In this document: piece after piece, positions 38,754 to 52,151 of the stretch
Position numbering within the stretch: position 1 is the stretch's first letter
Layout of the letters: every line of letters begins with the position of its first letter
NCBI GenBank assembly: GCA_002269645.1
Contig: NIVC01001379.1
Coordinates: 1-64,000 of the forward strand
Length of the DNA: 64,000 bases
Reading direction: 5' to 3'
DNA from: Macrostomum lignano
Lineage: Eukaryota
Position numbers and translations under genes: made by a program
The notes under the pieces: model-generated
The model's input: the letters and a program-made list of their open reading frames with translations, nothing else
Database searches by the model: none
What the model was told of the DNA's origin: nothing

Positions 38754-41700
38754 ATGCATCTGGAACTCTATGAGCAGTCTCTCTACTCAGACTACGCCGC
38801 CTACAGGGCCCACAAGTGGCTCCTGTTCACAGCGCCGCCCGTCATCCTTCTACTCGGCACCGTCGGCAACCTGCTCAGCGTCTGCGGCCTCTGGGGCGGC
38901 GCTGGTGGCGGCCGGACCGGCAGCACCTTCGCCTACCTGATCCTACTGGCCTGCGCCGACCAGCTCACCCTCGTGGTCGGCCTGCTCCGTCGGTGGCTTC
39001 AGCAGGCGCGCGGCTGGCAGACCGAGACATTCAGCGACGCCGCCTGCGCGGCCACCCACACTCTGCTGACCGCCGCCTCCTACGCCTCGGTGCTGAGCCT
39101 GACGGCTGTCACTATGGAACGGGCGGCCATCGTTTGGCCCTGGCCGCGCGTGCGGGCCCGCCTGGCGAGCAGTCGGATCTGCGTGCCGGCGCTGCTGCTC
39201 ACCTGCCTGGCGCTCAGCAGCCACTGGCCGGTGCTGCTCCGGCTGCGCCGGGACCCGCTAGCGCCCGCTGCGACAAACGCCAGCAATGCCACCGCCTCGA
39301 CGACCGATGCTGACGCCGGCGAGGGCGACCTTCGCTGCGACGTCGACGACGAAGTTGGAGCCGGTTGGCTTCGCTCGCTGCTGGCCTGGCTGGACCTGAC
39401 GCTGTACTCGCTGCTGCCGCTGACCGCGATGCTGGCCTGCAACTGCATCATCCTGTGCCGCCTGCGGCGCTCCAAGCGCCTGCGCTACGGATCGATGGCT
39501 ATGAGGGCCTCGCAGGCCGAGGACAGGAGGGCCGCAGGTGAGCAGCTTCTTCTACCCCCCCCCCTGACAGGCTTTGACTGACTGTCTGATACAGGCTCTG
39601 ACTGTCTGATACAGGCTCTGACTGTCTGATACAGGCTCTGACTGTCTGATACAGGCTCTGACTGTCTGATACAGGCTCTGACTGTCTGATACAGGCTCTG
39701 ACTGTCTGATACAGGCTCTGACTGTCTGATACAGGCTCTGACTGTCTGATACAGGCTCGGACTGTCTGATACAGGCTCTGACTGTCTGATACAAGCTCTG
39801 ACTGTCTGATACAGGCTCTGACTGTCTGATACAGGCTCTGACTATCTGATACAGGCTCTGACTGTCTGATACAGGCTCTGACTGTCTGATACAGGCTCTG
39901 ACTGTCTGATACAAGCTCTGACTGTCTGATACAGGCTCTGACTGTCTGATACAGGCTCTGACTGTCTGATCCAGGCTCTGACTGTCTGATACAGGCTCTG
40001 ACTATCTGATACAGGCTCTGACTGTCTGATACAGGCTCTGACTGTCTGATACAAGCTCTGACTGTCTGATACAGGCTCTGACTGTCTGATACAGGCTCTG
40101 ACTGTCTGATACAGGCTCTGACTGTCTGATCCAGGCTCTGACTGTCTGATACAAGCTCTGACTGTCTGATACAGGCTCTGACTGTCTGATACAGGCTCTG
40201 ACTATCTGATACAGGCTCTGACTGTCTGATACAAGCTCTGACTGTCTGATACAGGCTCTGACTGTCTGATACAGGCTCTGACTATCTGATACAGGCTCTG
40301 ACTGTCTGATACAGGCTCTGACTGTCTGATACAGGCTTTGACCGACTGTCTGATACAGGCTTTGACCGACTGTCTGATACAGGCTTTGACCGACTGTCTG
40401 ATACAGGCTTTTACTGTCTGATACAGGCTTTTACTGTCTGATACAGGCTTTGACTGGCAGACTGTGACTGACAGTTCTATTGACTGTCTGTTTCTATATT
40501 CTGAGCTGCACGTATCCGGGGACCTTCATCTGAGAAACCTAAAGAAACAAAAAATCCAAGCAGTGGATTAAATTTTAATTCTTTTACTTTCAATTTTCCC
40601 GATTGAAAAAAACTCCAAATCCCCCAGCTTGCATCCTGTTTCCCAAATTTCCCAGTTGCCCAAGTCCGCCTTGCCGGCCTGCACGGCTTCTCCGCCCTCT
40701 CCAACAACATCGTACACAACAATGTCAGCGCCAATCCCCACGCCAAGAGTAGCAACGCCGTGCCGCTGCTGTCAGCGCCGGTGCCCCGGTCTGGCGGCGA
40801 AGCTTCGCTACACAGCGGGCGACGGCAGTACGAGAAGAGCGTGAGACAGGTGCGCGTTTGTGGGGCTTCGGTGACTTGGAGACCGTCTTCCATTGTACGA
40901 GTAGAGGGCATCTCGCTCCGTTTCACTCCTCAACCAAGATTAGTTATTTCTCCCTGATCGATGCTAACCCTTTGTATTGTTGCAGCCTCTGTCCTTCCTT
41001 GGACTCCCTGTCCTTAAACTATACATCCCTTTCCCTGATGCTCTATCGGGATGCTCTATCGCTCCACTTTTACAGCCACCTCACTCCGCGACCTTGAGCT
41101 ACGTATTCCTTTCCCCGATGCTCTATCGCTCTCACTTTTACAGCCACCTCACTCCGCGACCTTGAGCTACGTATTCCTTTCCCCGATGCTCTATCGCTCT
41201 CACTTTTACAGCCACCTCACTCCGCGACCTTGAATTATGCATCCCTTTCCCCTCATGCTCTATCGCTCCACTTTTACAGCCACCTCACTCCGCGACCTTG
41301 AATTATGCATCCCTTTCCCCTCATGCTCTATCGCTCCACTTTTACAGCCACCTCACTCCGCGACCTTGAATTATGCATCCCTTTCCCCTCATGCTCTATC
41401 GCTCTCACTTTTACAGCCACCTCACTCCGCGACCTTGAATTATGCATCCTTTTCCCTCATGCTCTATCGCTCTCACTTTTACAGCCACCTCACTCCGCGA
41501 CCTTGAATTATCCATCCCTTTCCCTCATGCTCTATCGCTCTCACTTTTACAGCCACCTCACTCCGCGACCTTGAATTATGCATCCTTTTCCCTCATGCTC
41601 TATCGCTCTCACTTTTACAGCCACCTCACTCCACGACCTTGAACTACGAATTCCTTTCCCCGATGCTCTACCGCTCTCACTTTTACAGCCACCTCACTCC

Positions 41701-42122
41701 GCGACCTGAAGTATCTGTTTTAGATAGGATCGTATTTGTTCACTCTAGATATATTTTCATTCGTTTTACTGTTTCATCATTGACATCATACCAGAGTACT
41801 GTGTAAAAACTTATCAAATATCGATTTGAAACAGGTGACGCTGATGCTGCTGCTAGTGTCCGGCCTATTTCTCTGCACCTGCCTGCCAATCACGCTGTTC
41901 AAGCTGATAATGGCCACCTCGCCTATTGTCCAGTCCGATCCGGCTGCATACTCTCGCGTCCGCTTGGCCGAGACCTGCGTCCGGCTGCTGATGTACTGCA
42001 ACCACGCGGCCAATTTCTATCTCTACTGCCTGGTTGGCAGGCGGTTTCGCAGAAATCTGCGCCGCCGATGGCGCAATCTGCGCAAATTCTTTGCCGATAC
42101 AGTCTGCGGCAACCGGTTTTAG
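38754..42122 (+). CDS. Class A (rhodopsin-like) neuropeptide GPCR, FMRFamide/myosuppressin-receptor-like
   Basis: Exons 38754-39537, 40656-40849, 41835-42122 with consistent phases. TM1 ILLLGTVGNLLS, TM2 LILLACAD, TM3 end VTMERA (DRY equivalent), TM5 LYSLLPLTAMLACNCIIL, long IL3 exon, TM6 VTLMLLLVSGLFLCTCLP, TM7 NHAANFYLYCLVGRRFR. Confidence 0.88.
39575..40455. repeat. 20-bp minisatellite (CTGACTGTCTGATACAGGCT)n, GPCR intron 1
   Basis: Direct reading. Confidence 0.96.
41035..41710. repeat. ~68-bp minisatellite (ATGCTCTATCGCTCTCACTTTTACAGCCACCTCACTCCGCGACCTTG...), ~10 copies, GPCR intron 2
   Basis: Direct reading; recurring ORFs 68 bp apart. Confidence 0.94.
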
Positions 42123-43204
42123 CATATCGTACATATGTACATCGTACATATCGTACATACAGAGGCATGGACTTCTAACTAAAACTAGCGCCTGGACTAG
42201 AAACGCTCTACGACAAATTATGTCCTTGCTTCCCTTGAAGTTGTTGTCATGCACAATACATGCTCTGTGCTTCTTTGTGTCGCTTATCTTTCCTGTTGGT
42301 GTCCTGTGACTGCTTATATGCTTCTGCTATGCTTTCTGAAGATGAAACTGGAATTGACGCCAGTCAATCTGCACCTTTTAAGATGGATTTAGACGCAGGG
42401 CCTTGTCGGTTCCCGATATTGCGCCAGAACTAATTAGGGGCTCGAGCTTATCTTCACTGAGCTTCATCGTGCGGACTACTCACGCAGCTACTGGCTTCTA
42501 TCATACTATTATAGTCATACCATTGATATGACAGACAGATAGTGAAACAAGGAGCTAATAATTCAAAATGGAGTTGTTTCTCCAAAAAAGTACATTTGTG
42601 GCTATCAGTGCGTGAATCCTCTCGCTATTATGTTTGTTGTCTGCCATCTTGTTCTCCATGTCATGGGTGGTCAAACCCTGCAAAACTGGATTCCAGTCGT
42701 CTTTTAAAAATGCTTACTGTCAGCAAAAACATGTTTTCTCGTTCGATGTGGCTTTACTCTGTTGTTTATAGAAATATTTAATGAAACAAATAAATAGAAA
42801 TTTAAACGATCGGTTTTGTCTTGCTGCTTCATATATTTGAAATTGTCGAACCACGACCCCTGATTGATTCTGTGTGCAACCATATGCAATGGGGAGAAGG
42901 TCTAAGAAGGTCTTTTTATCAAAGTTCATGCACCGGATTCACTCCACGTCCACGGTACTTGGTCAGTTGATCTGAGCCACCATTTGCCAGTGAAAATGGC
43001 CTAGATTCACCCAGTCTGGCTTCCTGAGACCGGATATTCTATTTCCCTGATAATTAGTTCTGCATGTACTTTTATCGCAGTCGGAAATTTGCTGTGAAGA
43101 AAATCTTGAGGTTAAAAAACGTGAAACTAAAAAAAACAAGCAATTAAAATCTCCTTTTTGAGGAGAGTACAAGAGAAGACTCTAAAAGAAGAAGCCAACA
43201 GATT

Positions 43205-43495
43205 GAGATCAAACCAACACATTGAGATCAAACTCACATTGAGATCAAGCTCACATTGAGATCAAGCTCACATTGGGGTCTAACTCACACTAAAATCAAG
43301 TTCACATTGAGATCAAGTCAACACATTGAGATCAAGCTCACATTGAGATCAAGCTCACATTGGGATCAAACTCACATTGAGATCAAACTCAAATTGAGAT
43401 CAAGCTCACATTGGGATCAAACTCACATTGAGATCAAACTCACATTGAGATCAAGCTCACATTGAGATCAAACTCACATTGGGATCAAGCTCACA
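43205..43495. repeat. 17-bp minisatellite (CACATTGAGATCAAGCT)n
   Basis: Direct reading. Confidence 0.92.
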
Positions 43496-44113
43496 TTTCT
43501 GTCCTTTACAAAATGAGCCGAGTATACTGTATCATGAAAATAGGCATAGTTTTCACGGCCTTAACATCTCAGTGCCGCCAGACAAATATTATTAGTCACT
43601 TTCCAGTAGATTAAGATTAAGTGGGACTTATTAGGTGAAGCTTAGGTAAACTTATTAGGGACAGCGCAGACAAAAGGATTTAATATTAGCAGCTAAGCTG
43701 CTCACAGGGAAGCGGCTGAACAGCTCTCTCGGGTTTCCGGCACTGTCTTCAATTCACAGATTCGCCCCTAATTCCCCAGAGAACTGGAAAATTAATTATT
43801 AATCCTTTTTCAGGGCACGCGTCTTTCTGCAGTTAATTCTGCTTAACCTCCCGACGTGACTGAGGGCTTCAGTCGGCGAAGAGGACGCGAGATTTCAATT
43901 AAATTATTCCAACCGAGTGGCGCGTCTGACACGACTCGGTCACTAGTACTGTGATGGCTTTGCTAATCTTGATAACCTTGCTGCAATTCTTTGTGTTACA
44001 TTTTTTCCATTTCATTAACACCAAAGAAGACAATCACCCTACGGTCCGATGTCACATAGCATTGCGGCCTAGTTAAGCAACTATAATCTCCACTGCTCGA
44101 TAGAAGCGGAAAG

Positions 44114-44272
44114 TGGTTATAGCCTAGTCGTTAGAGCATGACTAAAAGGTCGGGGGTTCGATTCTCGACCAACTCGGAACAATTTGTGTCCAATTGAGCA
44201 AGACACTTAATTCTGCATTGCTTCAGTTCACCCAGCTGTAAAATGGGTGCCCGCATTAGCTGGGTAATTGAA
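44114..44272 (+). mobile_element. CORE-SINE copy, 3'-truncated
   Basis: TAGCCTAGTCG...GGGGTTCGATTCTCGACC...TTGAGCAAGACACTTAATTCTGCATTGCTTCAGTTCACCCAGCTGTAAAATGGGTGCC; ends at the start of a 32-bp minisatellite. Confidence 0.78.
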
Positions 44273-44279
44273 GGTGTCC

Positions 44280-44828
44280 ACTCCCATCAGTGCTTGAGAA
44301 TTTGCCTCTCCGCTCCCCTCAGTGCTTGAGAATCTGCCCCTCCGCTCCCCTCAGTGCTTGAGAATCTGCCTCTCCGCTCCCCTCAGTGCTTGAGAATCTG
44401 CCCCTCCGCTCCCTCAGTCCTTGAGAATCTGCCTCTCCGCTCCCCTCAGTGCTTGAGAATCTGCCCCTCCGCTCCCCTCAGTGCTTGAGAATCTGCCTCT
44501 CCGCTCCCCTCAGTGCTTGAGAATCTGCCCCTCCGCTCCCCTCAGTGCTTGAGAATCTGCCCCTCCGCTCCCCTCAGTGCTTGAGAATCTGCCTCTCCGC
44601 TCCCCTCAGTGCTTGAGAATCTGCCCCTCCGCTCCCCTCAGTGCTTGAGAATCTGCCTCTCCGCTCCCCTCAGTGCTTGAGAATCTGCCTCTCCGCTCCC
44701 CTCAGTGCTTGAGAATCTGCCTCTCCGCTCCCCTCAGTGCTTGAGAATCTGCCTCTCCGCTCCCCTCAGTGCTTGAGAATCTGCCTCTCCGCTCCCCTCA
44801 GTGCTTGAGAATCTGCCTCTCCGCTCCC
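44280..44828. repeat. 32-bp minisatellite (CTCCGCTCCCCTCAGTGCTTGAGAATCTGCC(T/C))n, ~17 copies
   Basis: Period measured as 44289 to 44321. Confidence 0.95.
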
Positions 44829-45194
44829 TAAATTTCAAGTAATTTTGGATGCAATCACAATTACCTCAACGATGCCTATATCGCGGCACCAGCCCAACTC
44901 AAGCGTGGAGAGCCAGCTGCATGCTTCTGCTCAATCAAAGTCATTTCGAAATTTCAGTGAAACACCTGATGCCGCCACACACGCAAATGTTTTGGGCTAA
45001 ACAAAATTACTGAGCACTGGCGCATCAAATCTAAACTGTGTCAACACCTGAGCATTCTCGATTTAACAAGCTGTACTAAAAGAAGTATGAAATTTGCTTA
45101 TATTTTATAAAAATACTATAAACAAATCTGATTCTTTATTGTATTTTAAAGAAACTGCAAATTTGACTGACGCATACAGGATAAAAAATAGAAC

Positions 45195-46115
45195 CCATGC
45201 AGTAGCTGTAATCCATTGACTGGATTCTGCAGGAGCTGTAATCCATTGACTGGATTCTGCAGTAGCTGTAATCCATTGACTGGATTCTGCAGTAGCTGTA
45301 ATCCATTGACTGGATTCTGCAGTAGCTGTAATCCATTGACTGGATTCTGCAGTAGCTGTAATCCATTGACTGGATTCTGCAGTAGCTGTAATCCATTGAC
45401 TGGATTCTGCAGGAGCTGTAATCCATTGACTGGATTCTGCAGTAGCTGTAATCCATTGACTGGACTCTGCAGTAGCTGTAATCCATTGACTGGATTCTGC
45501 AGTAGCTGTAATCCATTGACTGGATTCTGCAGGAGCTGTAATCTATTGACTGGATTCTGCAGGAGCTGTAATCCATTGACTGGATTCTGCAGTAGCTGTA
45601 ATCCATTGACTGGATTCTGCAGTAGCTGTAATCCATTGACTGGATTCTGCAGTAGCTGTAATCCATTGACTGGATTCTGCAGGAGCTGTAATCTATTGAC
45701 TGGATTCTGCAGGAGCTGTAATCTATTGACTGGATTCTGCAGGAGCTGTAATCTATTGACTGGATTCTGCAGGAGCTGTAATCCGTTGACTGGATTCTGC
45801 AGTAGCTGTAATCCATTGACTGGATTCTGCAGGAGCTGTAATCCGTTGACTGGATTCTGCAGGAGTTCTAATCCATTGACTGGTTTCTGCAGGAGCTGTA
45901 ATCCATTGACTGGATTCTGCAGTAGCTGTAATCCGTTGACTGGATTCTGCAGTAGCTGTAATCCGTTGACTGGATTCTGCAGTAGCTGTAATCCGTTGAC
46001 TGGATTCTGCAGTAGCTGTAATCCGTTGACTGGATTCTGCAGTAGCTGTAATCCATTGACTGGATTCTGCAGTAGCTGTAATCCATTGACTGGATTCTGC
46101 AGTAGCTGTAATCCA
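45195..46115. repeat. 30-bp minisatellite (GCAGTAGCTGTAATCCATTGACTGGATTCT)n, ~30 copies
   Basis: Direct reading; each unit has an internal AATCCA/TGGATT inverted repeat. Confidence 0.96.
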
Positions 46116-46234
46116 AGCAGATGTGCAAAACTGCGACGCACATGTGCATTCAGTGAGTTCCCTGTAGCACCGAATTCAGTTCAATTATGATCGATTGTCA
46201 TTTAGTGATTGAGTTCGTGTGTTCATCTGCGAAT

Positions 46235-46440
46235 TTGTGAGTGAGTTCATGAGTGAGTTCATGAGTGAGTTCATGAGTGGGTTCATGAGTGAGTTCATGA
46301 GTGGGTTCATGAGTGAGTTCATGAGTTTATGAGTGAGTTCATGAGTTTATGAGTGAGTTCATGAGTTCATGAGTGATTTAATGAGTTCATGAGTTCATGA
46401 GTGAGTTAATTAGTGAGTTTATGAGTGAGTTCATGAGCAA
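46235..46440. repeat. 12-bp repeat (CATGAGTGAGTT)n
   Basis: Direct reading. Confidence 0.9.
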
Positions 46441-47074
46441 TTAATTGAGTCATTTTTGCTTTTTAAAAGCTTAGAAGACTGCCTAAAAATATTTTCGGCA
46501 TGTAAAAATGATCAAAGAGCTGCCGTTGTATTATTTTCTGGCTTCCAAGCAGAAAACCTCTACATTTTGAGGAGGCTAAAAGACAGAAAAATTACAGTCG
46601 GCAGTCGGCGGCTGCTCAGAAGAGTCGGAGACAATGGTGGGTGCAAAAAGCGGAAATGTTTCTGCGTTAATGTCAATTTCGTGTGCGGAAAAAATGCAGT
46701 TTTTCTGTGAGCTGAGATTTATCAGCAGAGGTCCCCAAAAATTACCCCGGCAGTCATAAATTCAGACGCACCAGAAAGTACAGATGGGCCTCTGACGTCG
46801 CCTGGTTATAAAAAAACAAACACACTAAGCCTCAAAATTCGAGTAGGATAACTATCGGTGTTGAAAATCAGAGCGAAAGACTGCTTGTTGTGATCCTTAA
46901 TTAAAAACATAATTATTAGGCCTTAACTACTGGTTTCAAGGTAAGTGGCTCTTTTGAAGTAGATATTATAGCAACATCAACTGGAAAAAGAAACAGGTTT
47001 TAAATAATTTATAGAATCAAACAACTGTGCGATTTTAACTGCAAACACTTTTGTATAGCTGTGTGCATATTGTA

Positions 47075-47380
47075 CACCTGTACTTTTCTATACCTGTACT
47101 TATCTATACCTGTACTTATCTTTACCTGTACTTATCTATACCTGTACTTTTCTATACATGTACTTATCTACACCTGTACTTATCTATACCTGTACTTATC
47201 TATAACTGTACTTATTTATACCTGCACTTATCTATACCTGTACTTATCTACACCTGTACTTATCTATACCTGTACTTATCTATAACTGTACTTATTTATA
47301 CCTGCACTTATCTATACCTGTACTTATCTATACCTGTACTTATCTATACCTGTACTTATCTATACCTGTACTTATCTAAA
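47075..47380. repeat. 16-bp minisatellite (TATACCTGTACTTATC)n
   Basis: Direct reading. Confidence 0.92.
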
Positions 47381-48469
47381 AGTGTACTTACTGTATCTAT
47401 CTGTTGCAATCCTCATATATACGTGTATACTTATTCATACCTGCCCTTAAAAAGTACACTTGGTGTGCTCCGATCAGGCATTCATACTTTTGTCAAAAAC
47501 TTGGTGACGCCATCGAGTTTAATACTCGCACAGACGAGCGAATGAGCCTCGCAAATAGCAACCTAGCTTTGTGAGTTCAGTCCAAATCAAAGTGATACAT
47601 TATGTAAAAAATTCAACCACTTTTCTGTGTCCATTGTTACATATTTCAGTTTAATAGGAACCGCATTTCATGAACTCGCAATGTCGTTCGTTAGTCTAGA
47701 CTCTTTCCACTACGGATTAAAAATGGTTTAAAAATATTCACAATTTTTTTCAACAAAACCTTAGATTAGCCTTAAAAGTTGAATTAAAAAGATCAATTTA
47801 CTATATCATACTACGGAAATGAAACATTTTTGTTAGTTTTTGGCATAAATATCAATATAATTCGTGTTTGAGTTTAGCTAGCATAAGTGTATAAAACATT
47901 CAAAGACTTGCAATTGAAGGACAATTTGACCTTATACTGAAAACTACCAAAAAAATCTGCAAATTTTAAATATGAAGCACATCCTCCATTTGTCATGTAA
48001 CGTAATGTGTAAAACTCTGCACACAGACAAGCATAAGTTAAACAAAACAAAAAGAACTATAAATATTTAAAATGTAATATATAAGTAATGAAAAAAGCAA
48101 AAAAATGAAAACAGAAAATGCCATGGCAATGGTATTCCGGTATAACAAAGTCCGGAAATTTTTATTTCCTACTTAATAATGTATTATCGGAGATAATCCT
48201 TAGAAACTCAAAACAATAAACGTTGATGAAGAGTAAGTAAACACTTTGATTGATTTTCTAGAAAAGAGTCACCTCAACCTAAAAAAAATCTCTGTTGCAA
48301 ACCTCAAAAAGCTGCTCTAATCTAGGAGTCAAAAGTCTAACAAGGACATCCGGCGATGCTGTGACGGCTTTTGCACTTTTAGCTAAAAGTCTACAGAAGC
48401 CAGTTCAGTTCGGTGCAACTCTCGAAATTGGCCGAAATTGAACCGCTCCTTGAAATGGAATTCCTTTGA

Positions 48470-48585
48470 CCCGTAACTCGACCCGGAAGCTCTGTTATTG
48501 ATTGGCTAATGCCTTATTAACATTCCCGCTGTGACGTTGCTAGTTTAAGTGGTCCCGAGAGGGGCCGTTGGACTATAGTTTCCCT
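48470..48585. promoter_or_regulatory. Possible housekeeping-type promoter motif cluster
   Basis: CCGGAAG (ETS-like), GATTGG (reverse CCAAT), GTGACGT (CRE-like) and GGACTATAGTTTCCC (reminiscent of the ZNF143/ACTACA motif) within ~110 bp; no TSS evidence. Confidence 0.3.
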
Positions 48586-49952
48586 TGCTATTTCTCATTT
48601 AAGTTTCTCCAATAGTTTATTTTAACGTTTACTTGTAGTAGCGTGCAAATAATCTGTATCAATTGCTAATTCACTGTGTATTTGGTAGGCCTTGCGCTCG
48701 TCTGTGAATTTTGGCACGATCGATAATTTTAAGTTCTTTAGCCAGCCAATGAGAACCGCTCGTGCTTCGTGCTACCCCCCCCCCCTCTGCGCTCCTTTAT
48801 TAACCCTCGCCTGGCGAGCTGGGGGTCTCCCCTTCTTTCCTGGTTTTGCTCTCTCTCTCTCCTTAGGCTCGTCTGCCTTGTTCTCTGTCTGGCTGCCTCG
48901 AGCCTCCTTATCTCACGCCACGGCTGACGCCAATCCTGCCTACTGTGTCCCACCGCCTTCACTGTGCTCATTGCCATTGCTCATCACGTTACGTCGCCAT
49001 CGCATCACTCGTCTGTCACTTGACTTCATCTCCAATTATATTCAAAACCATTGTTGCAGCCGCCAGTGCCCAGAAGCTATAGTTTGTGTATTGACAGTAA
49101 TAACCAAGCCTAATATTGATTTTAACAATAAAACAACTACGGCAGTTTCCTGCCTTTATTGCCAAGTGCTCCGCTACACAATCCGCTTTGCAAGAGTTGA
49201 CTTCAACTTATTTTGGAACTACGACTTACTGCAACGCTTGTCAAAACGGCCCTTTTAAGGGTCCTAGCCATAGTTAGCCGCTACGCCAACATCAAACATC
49301 GTGACACCGCGGCTGTAGTTGATGACGCCTTTGAAGATTCGCGGTGAAGCCAACCTCAGTTAAACAAAATTGAAATTTGAAGGCTTCTCAAAGTTTCTTT
49401 ATTTCTTATTTCAAACTAACTAGGGAAGAAAGTAGTTTGTCCAAGGACCACTAGGAACACTTCGTTATAGAAGGACGTTACACTCTCGACTCGTGTAAAA
49501 TAGTTGAAGGCAGATTTTCGTTGCCGTATACAGCTTCCACAGGTGACTGGGGTGACAGGTCAGCTACTCTAATGCTTCCTAAACTGCTATTGATGTGTAG
49601 AGTGAGAGTTTGTCAGCATATATACGGAGTAGCTACATGTACCGTTTGTACGCATGATTCCTACACTGCTCATGAAACTCTCTTTTACCATGCTGAATTT
49701 AAAAATATTGTACAATTATAAAAGTGTTTTTACTTGTTTTCGTTATTTACTTTTTCCCTTTTTGTATATTTTTCATCACTTTGCAACACTGTTTGACAGA
49801 CAATAAAATCTGCTAAATCTTTTCAGAAACTTGTCACTACATGCCGCTAATGAAACTGCGAGAGCATTCACAAAAAATGGCACATATGATTTTAAGCTAC
49901 TTTATTGATTCCTAAACTTGAAGTTTTGAATACCAAACGTCTCAAAAATATA

Positions 49953-52151
49953 GGTTGTCTCCATTGTACAGGATTTTTATTGCACCTACATCTAGTGGGA
50001 AACTAAACTAAATGACTTACGCATGTACACACCGTGCCTCTGTACCATTGGGTTGTGGGTGTAGCAATCGACGCGGGGCCCTTAAGCTCCAACCCCAAAT
50101 GCTTCGAAAGTCTTCAAACAGAGATTTAGGGGACAAAGAGAGATGGCGCATGCACGCTGCAGAAAAAGAACATTTCGGGCAAAGTTCGGCGTGAAATGTA
50201 TTCGTATGTAAGTAGGTAACCGCACTATGTAAGTAATTGTGAATGTACACTAATTAGTTTGATGTACATTATGCATGTAAATAGACAAGGGCACAGGGTG
50301 CAAGGCAGAATTGAGTACAACATCTTTCCCCTACAAGAATTTTCCAAGGAAATTAAAAAGGATGAAAGCGGCCTTTTAAATAGGCTATTGCATTCGCATG
50401 AATTGAATTTAAAGTTCGTTACTAGTCCATTCATTGCAACAACATGTTTCAATTATATGGGTCTCTGGATTTTATTGTCCTAAAGCAGAGGTCGGAAAAA
50501 TTTTTGCTTCAAGGGCCAGACAAAGAATCTTGATTATTGCTGCGGGCCAGGTGAGAGTGGAAAGGTGATGGAATGGGGGAGAGAAGAAAGAGGAGATGAC
50601 AGATGACGAAATAGAGGAGAAATGAGAGGCGAGATAAGATATAAGATAAGAGAGAAGAGGAGAGATGTGAGGAGAGAAGAAAGGAGAGAGATGGAAGGAG
50701 AGAAGAGAGGTGAGGAGATGAGAGGAGAGACGAGATGAGAGGAGAGCAGAGACGAGATGAGAGTAGAGGAGAGAGGAGAGTAGAGGAGAGAAAAGAGAGA
50801 AGAAAGGAGAGAGAAGACAGCTGAGAAGAGACACCAACCTATTGCCGGATTGCTATTTTCAAAGTTTCAAGTTCCAAAGGACCCGAGGGCCGGATTGAGA
50901 GGGCCGGAGTTTGCCGACCCCTGTCTTAAAGGTAATTGCGGACAGTGCAGATCGGTGATAGTAGCCTCATCGGGCTCCGCTGACCTTGCTGCAGCTGCTG
51001 CTACTAATTATCCAGTCTCTGGAATGCAGTGCTGGACCAGTTTCTTGAACAGCAAGAGACTGGTGCTGGCGCCGAGATTTGGGGTGCTGCCAGCAGTCTC
51101 GCAGCGCCTCACCGCAGGCGGCTCCTTGGGCGCTCGAGGAGCGGAGCGGCTTTTTTCTAGGAGCAGCTTCATGTCCTCCATGATGCGTCAGGCCTCTGTC
51201 ATGGATGCAGCTTGATGCGCTCGCGATCGACGCTGACGATCGTGACGAATTGGATGATGAATGCTTCCGAAGAGAATGGCCGACCGCTGCCGTTCATGAT
51301 TTGCTTCGAAGTCCCGAACACAGCGGACCGTTGACGGGTCCAATGGCATCGACACCGATGCTCGACCATGCCGACTTCGGTAGCGTAGATAGCGTCGGTT
51401 TGGCTGTTAAAACTTCTGTCTGATTGGTGGCTGAATGCGCGATCGAGTTGGTTGGTTGGGAGACTTACGGGGAGTGACTCTCCGGACACTCAAGTTCAGC
51501 TGCTTTGATTCCACCAGCGCTGCCAATTCTGCTGATGTGCATCTTCCTTTTCGGCTCAAATCGCAATACCCCGAATACCCCTGCAAGTTGCCCACCACTG
51601 CCAAGTCGATCATGTCCTTCGAGCCGAATTGAAGACACTGACCAGGAGCTTACAGCCCTGCCGGCAGTTTCCAGAGGCGACCGAGAGCCGAGTTCGAGGG
51701 AAGGATAAAGCCGCCTTGTTGGAAGCCCATGTGGCGTTTTAGCATGCAGTCTCGATCTCTTTTAAAAAGTTTTCGTGTCGATGACATTGCAGCTGGCGCA
51801 ACTGTCGACGAGGGCTTCCAGTCGCTTGCCGTTGATTGAGACTGTCAGTAGCGGCAGTTCGTCTTTGGTCAGACAGAACACCTCATCGTAAAAGTCGCTC
51901 GGTAGACTGCTGAAGCTCTCCGTGTTCTGTCGCCTTTGATCATTGAATTGAGGATGTGCACGCGCGGTCTCTTGAGTTTCGCTTGGACATGCAGGCCTTG
52001 GCAAGGTGTCCCGGTTTGTTGCAGATGCTGCATGTTTCTCTATACGGCAACGTGGGCACACTTAAGTATTGTGAATGTACAATAGTTTAATGTACAGTAT
52101 ACATATAGAATCGACAAGGGCGCAGGGCGCAAGGCATAATAGAGTACAACA
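49953..52151 (-). mobile_element. Degenerate LTR retrotransposon (Ty3/gypsy-like), heavily deleted
   Basis: Diverged direct repeats at ~50223-50322 and ~52040-52151, both starting TGTTGTACTC on the minus strand; purine tract AGGGGAAAGA immediately before the downstream LTR (50323-50332); remnants of gag Zn-knuckle (CPRCRIEKH), retropepsin (LEALVDSCASCNVI) and integrase start (LPKSAWSSIGVDAIGP). Left boundary approximate. Confidence 0.7.
50486..50923. mobile_element. hAT (Charlie-like) MITE nested in the LTR element
   Basis: 14-bp imperfect TIR CAGAGGTCGGAAAA / TTTGCCGACCCCTG; 8-bp TSD TCCTAAAG / TCTTAAAG (1 mismatch, central TA); subterminal GGGCC motifs; internal GA-rich tract; no ORF. Confidence 0.75.
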
